Positions 60,530 to 64,000 of a stretch of 64,000 bases of DNA are shown one piece after another. The first letter of the stretch is position 1; the number at the start of each line of letters is the position of its first letter. Source of the DNA: Nostoc sp. DedSLP01 (lineage in GTDB: Bacteria; Cyanobacteriota; Cyanobacteriia; Cyanobacteriales; Nostocaceae); the NCBI GenBank assembly GCA_034530875.2, contig JAVRCJ020000010.1:179505-243504 (forward strand). Reading direction: 5' to 3'. The position numbers and the translations under genes are program-made. Under the pieces are notes generated by a model that searched no databases, was not told the origin of the DNA, and saw only the letters and a list, made by a program, of their open reading frames with translations.

Positions 60530-61876
60530 ATGACATTTGATTACAACCTGTTTGTCATTGGTGCTGGGCCTGGGGGATTGGCAGCAGCTAAAAAAGCAGC
60601 TAGTTATGGCGTGCGTGTTGCCATTGCCGAACAAGAAGCCTTTGGGGGAACTTGTGTCAATCGTGGCTGCGTTCCCAAAAAACTGATTGTCTATGCTGCT
60701 GACTTTGCCCTGCAAAATAAAATGGCGCACACTTATGGGTGGAGCGATTGTCCAACATACTTTGACTGGACACTATTTATTAAATCCGTACACAAGCATC
60801 TTGACAGCATCAACGAATTCTATTCTCAGCAATTGCATAAAGCTGGAGTTGAAATAATTTCCCAACGTGCCAGTTTTATCGATGCTCATACTATTAGTGT
60901 TGGCGATCGCAAAGTTACAGCAGACAAAATTTTAATTGCTGTGGGTGGAAAACCCCTCAAGCCCAATATCCCAGGTGTAGAATACGCCATCACATCCCGC
61001 GAAATGTTTCAGCTACCCTATCTACCAAAACGCCTGACAATAATTGGTGGCGGCTACATTGGTATAGAATTTGCCAGTATGATGCACGCTTTTGGCTGCC
61101 AGGTGACGGTCATCGAAAAAGAAAAGATGATTTTATCGGGGTTTGATAATGACATTCGCTCTAACGTGCAAAAAGCTTTGAGTAAACGCGGAATTCGGTT
61201 ATTCACTAACACTAGCGTTCAAAAAATCAAATATTCAGAAGAGTGTTTGTTGTTGAGTATTAACAGTGAGAGCAGAGAAATAGTTGCAGCAGATACCATC
61301 TTAGTTGCTACAGGTTACGCCCCAAATACTAAAAATCTGGGCTTGGAAAATGCTGGTGTTGAAGCTAGCGAACATGGTGCAATTAAAGTAGACGAACAAA
61401 GCCGCACCAATCAAGAAAATATCTTTGCTGTCGGTGACTGTACCAGCCGCATCCAATTATCTCCAGTGGCGAAGGCAGAAGGTATTGCCTTTGCCAATAC
61501 AGTTTTTGGCAATCAGCCGCAAAAACTGAATTACGATTATGTGCCTACCGCTGTTTTTTGTCGTCCAGAAGTAGCTAGTATCGGTCTGACAGAAGCTAAG
61601 GCACGGGAAAAATTTGGTGAATCTGTAAAATCCTACTACACCCAATTCCAACCACTGTTTTATCAGCTAACCGAACAGGATAAGCAAGGGACAATTAAGT
61701 TAGTCGTCAATGGCGATTCTGAGGAAGTTTTGGGCGCTCACATGGTGGGTGAAAATGCAGCAGATATCATTCAAAGTCTTGGAATTGCAATTCGCAAGGG
61801 CATTACTAAGCAGGAACTCGATGAAACAATAGGCATTCATCCCACCGTAGGAGAAGAATTCCTGTCGTTAAATTGA
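60530..61876 (+). CDS. gor: Glutathione-disulfide reductase
   Basis: Motifs GAGPGG, GGTCVNRGCVPKK, GGGYIG and HPTVGEE. Confidence 0.88.
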   Translation: MTFDYNLFVIGAGPGGLAAAKKAASYGVRVAIAEQEAFGGTCVNRGCVPKKLIVYAADFALQNKMAHTYGWSDCPTYFDWTLFIKSVHKHLDSINEFYSQQLHKAGVEIISQRASFIDAHTISVGDRKVTADKILIAVGGKPLKPNIPGVEYAITSREMFQLPYLPKRLTIIGGGYIGIEFASMMHAFGCQVTVIEKEKMILSGFDNDIRSNVQKALSKRGIRLFTNTSVQKIKYSEECLLLSINSESREIVAADTILVATGYAPNTKNLGLENAGVEASEHGAIKVDEQSRTNQENIFAVGDCTSRIQLSPVAKAEGIAFANTVFGNQPQKLNYDYVPTAVFCRPEVASIGLTEAKAREKFGESVKSYYTQFQPLFYQLTEQDKQGTIKLVVNGDSEEVLGAHMVGENAADIIQSLGIAIRKGITKQELDETIGIHPTVGEEFLSLN

Positions 61877-61907
61877 AATCAATACAGGATTTATTGATAT
61901 AGCCCAG

Positions 61908-62060
61908 GGTGTACACACAAGTCAGATCGAGTTTAGCCCAATACGCTTGAGATCGGCCAGAAAGACCTCATGTAGAGACGCGATAAATCGCCGTCTCTAC
62001 AGAGAATTTACTCGTCAATTATTCCTTGACAGAATACTATTTGCGACTTGTGTGTACACC
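61908..62060. mobile_element. 153-bp MITE with 16-bp perfect TIRs and a nested palindrome
   Basis: GGTGTACACACAAGTC (61908-61923) and GACTTGTGTGTACACC (62045-62060), with internal TGTAGAGACGCGATAAATCGCCGTCTCTACA. Confidence 0.8.
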
Positions 62061-62464
62061 GTAGAGAGGGGCTGGGGTGAGGTCAAAATCCTATAGATCG
62101 AATTCAGGTTAATTCAAGTTTTGACAAAATTAATATTCAGTATATATACTGCTATTATTTCAAATAAAAGTCATTAGTATAACGTCAGTAAATAAAATAA
62201 GACCTACGAGTAGAAGATTATAAAAACAACCAAGATCGAAATATCTACAAAGTTTATAAAGTGAGGCTTGATGGCAGTATGACCTGTTATCAGCGGGCGA
62301 TTCCTTTGGGTATTGTTCCTGGTACAGGTTTGTTTATTGGTGACCAATTTGCTTTAGACAAAAGTGACCGCTACTACTTCTGAATTTAGTTTTGTGTAAC
62401 CTTTTTTATGCAACTAAGTCTAAAATATGACATTCTATCGCCCAAAAAATTTGAAATTTGATTT

Positions 62465-63568
62465 ATGCTAGCCACCTCCAGCACTACTGCCCCACAAGAG
62501 AACAACTTAATTGAGTGTAATGCCGACGAGGGATTTATCTCTTGGCTGAATCAAGCCGGAGGTTCAGTTGCCATCACCACTTACCAAACCGGAAAACTAG
62601 CACTAGTGGGCTGGAATGGGGAACAGATTACCATGCTGTTACGCCAATTTTCCAAACCAATGGGGTTAGCAGTTCATGGTTCGCGTTTAGCACTAGCTAG
62701 CCATCACGAAGTCTATTTATTAGCTAACGCCCCCACATTAGCTTATGAGTATTTAGAAGACCAACCCGGACGCTACGACGCCCTTTACCTACCACGGATG
62801 ACATACTTCACAGGCGACCTGAACATTCACGACCTGGAATTTGGTAGGGAAGGGCTGTGGATTGTCAACACCCGCTTTTCGTGTCTTTCTGCCTTGAGTC
62901 CAGACTTTAGTTTTGTACCGCGCTGGCATCCCAAATTTATTTCCCAAGTAGTACCAGAAGATCGTTGCCACCTGAATGGCTTAGCGATGGTGGATGGCAA
63001 ACCCAAATATGTGACTGCCTTGGGTGCGACAGATACCGTCGGAGGATGGCGTTTGGGTAAAGCCAACGGTGGAGTCGTGGTGGAAGTGGAGAGCAATGAA
63101 ATTATTGTAGATGGACTATCAATGCCCCATTCTCCAATTTGGCATGACGGGTTTTTATGGTTACTCAACTCTGGTGCTGGGGAAGTATGGCGCATTCATC
63201 CAGAATCAGGGGACAAACAGGTAGTCTGCGTACTGCCAGGATTTCTGCGGGGGTTGTGCTGCGTGGGATATTACGCCCTAGTTGGACTATGCCAGATTCG
63301 GGAACGGCATATTTTTGGTGGGTTGCCCATTACTCAACGGTTTGAGCAGTTGTTGTGTGGTGTGGCAGTTGTAGATTTGCGAAATGGGCAGCATGTAGGG
63401 ATGCTGAAGTTCACCGCAGGTACTCAAGAACTATATGATGTGCAGTTTCTTCCTGGCGTGCAGCGTCCGATGGTTTTGAATTCAGAACGCAAAGAAATCC
63501 GCCAAGCATTTACCGCACCAGAGTTGAACTACTGGCTGCGACCGAGTGCAGTGATTCCTAACGACTAA
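62465..63568 (+). CDS. TIGR03032 / DUF4915-family protein
   Basis: Motifs TTYQTGKL, YDALYLPR, TGDLNIHD, VNTRFSCL, PEDRCHLNGLAM and GLSMPHSP. Confidence 0.85.
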   Translation: MLATSSTTAPQENNLIECNADEGFISWLNQAGGSVAITTYQTGKLALVGWNGEQITMLLRQFSKPMGLAVHGSRLALASHHEVYLLANAPTLAYEYLEDQPGRYDALYLPRMTYFTGDLNIHDLEFGREGLWIVNTRFSCLSALSPDFSFVPRWHPKFISQVVPEDRCHLNGLAMVDGKPKYVTALGATDTVGGWRLGKANGGVVVEVESNEIIVDGLSMPHSPIWHDGFLWLLNSGAGEVWRIHPESGDKQVVCVLPGFLRGLCCVGYYALVGLCQIRERHIFGGLPITQRFEQLLCGVAVVDLRNGQHVGMLKFTAGTQELYDVQFLPGVQRPMVLNSERKEIRQAFTAPELNYWLRPSAVIPND

Positions 63569-63585
63569 TTGTTGAAATCAAATAG

Positions 63586-63750
63586 AACTTATACCAATTC
63601 TCCAAAATAGGGCAACAGATTCAAACCACCAAACCCAGATACAAACTGAGTTTCTTAATTGCGAACTTGTACTGAGCGTACCCCTACAGAGAAGCAAGCT
63701 ACGCGTAGCGTCTCGTAGAGAAGCCGAAATATTGGGAATTGGTATAAGTT
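63586..63750. mobile_element. MITE-like element with 15-bp inverted ends
   Basis: AACTTATACCAATTC (63586-63600) and GAATTGGTATAAGTT (63736-63750). Confidence 0.7.
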
Positions 63751-63799
63751 TTATCAAAGTTGACGACATTAAATTTTTAGTTTTTAAGAGAGGTTTTTT

Positions 63800-64000
63800 A
63801 TGGCTCTATTCAAAGTCAATACCTACACCACGGGCAATCAAAATAACTCCGCAGTAGCAATGGATGCCGATGGGGATTTTGTCATTTGCTGGCAAAGCGA
63901 TGGTCAGGACGGTTCTGGCTATGGCATATATGCCCAACGCTACAACAGTGCTGGGGTAGCTCAAGGCAGCGAATTCAGAGTCAATACCTACACCACGAGC
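63800..64000 (+). CDS. 5' part of a repeat-rich, probably extracellular protein (truncated by the right edge)
   Basis: MALFKVNTYTTGNQNNSAVAMDADGDFVICWQSDGQDGSGYGIYAQRYNSAGVAQGSEFRVNTYTTS; the F-x-VNTYTT repeat recurs, and GAGAGG lies upstream of the ATG. Confidence 0.75.
   Translation, partial: MALFKVNTYTTGNQNNSAVAMDADGDFVICWQSDGQDGSGYGIYAQRYNSAGVAQGSEFRVNTYTTS

Noticed and set aside
751..63769. Numerous 60-175 aa antisense or nested ORFs in the ORF track
   Set aside because: They lie within or opposite well-supported genes or repeats and have no recognisable motifs, so they are treated as shadow ORFs.
1..64000. Frequent GCGATCGC octamers as a novel repeat
   Set aside because: This is HIP1, a well-known genome-wide cyanobacterial feature.

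Overview
This AT-rich window comes from a heterocyst-forming (Nostocales-type) cyanobacterium, as shown by abundant HIP1 octamers (GCGATCGC) and STRR heptamer repeats. Positions 1-37.1 kb are an iron-acquisition locus. Its minus-strand hybrid FAAL-NRPS-PKS line reads, by manual domain and A-domain-code inspection, acyl - D-Ala - Pro-like residue (probably 4-hydroxyproline) - Gly - beta-hydroxy-Asn/Asx - reduced ketide, and continues off the left edge. It carries two embedded Fe(II)/2-oxoglutarate oxygenases: a proline trans-4-hydroxylase-like enzyme and a SyrP/TauD beta-hydroxylase paired with an inactive 'interface' C domain. A TonB-dependent receptor, FecBCDE-type ABC importer, ABCB transporter, secreted Ntn-acylase and FetAB-type transporter follow, with Fur-like boxes in both divergent promoters. 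The right half contains mtnP, an orphan sensor kinase, a CADD-like diiron oxidase + Rieske oxygenase pair, and a head-to-head pair of AAA_35 (STAND-like) genes (TM/WD40 and TIR) separated by a 21-bp tandem array. These are followed by a catalytically substituted caspase homologue, sat, polyphosphate glucokinase, sucrose synthase, a 38-aa small ORF, tRNA-His, a chelatase, cobA, gor and a TIGR03032-family gene. Several MITEs and small palindromic elements are present, some in frame within genes. All calls are by eye; no database searches were run.
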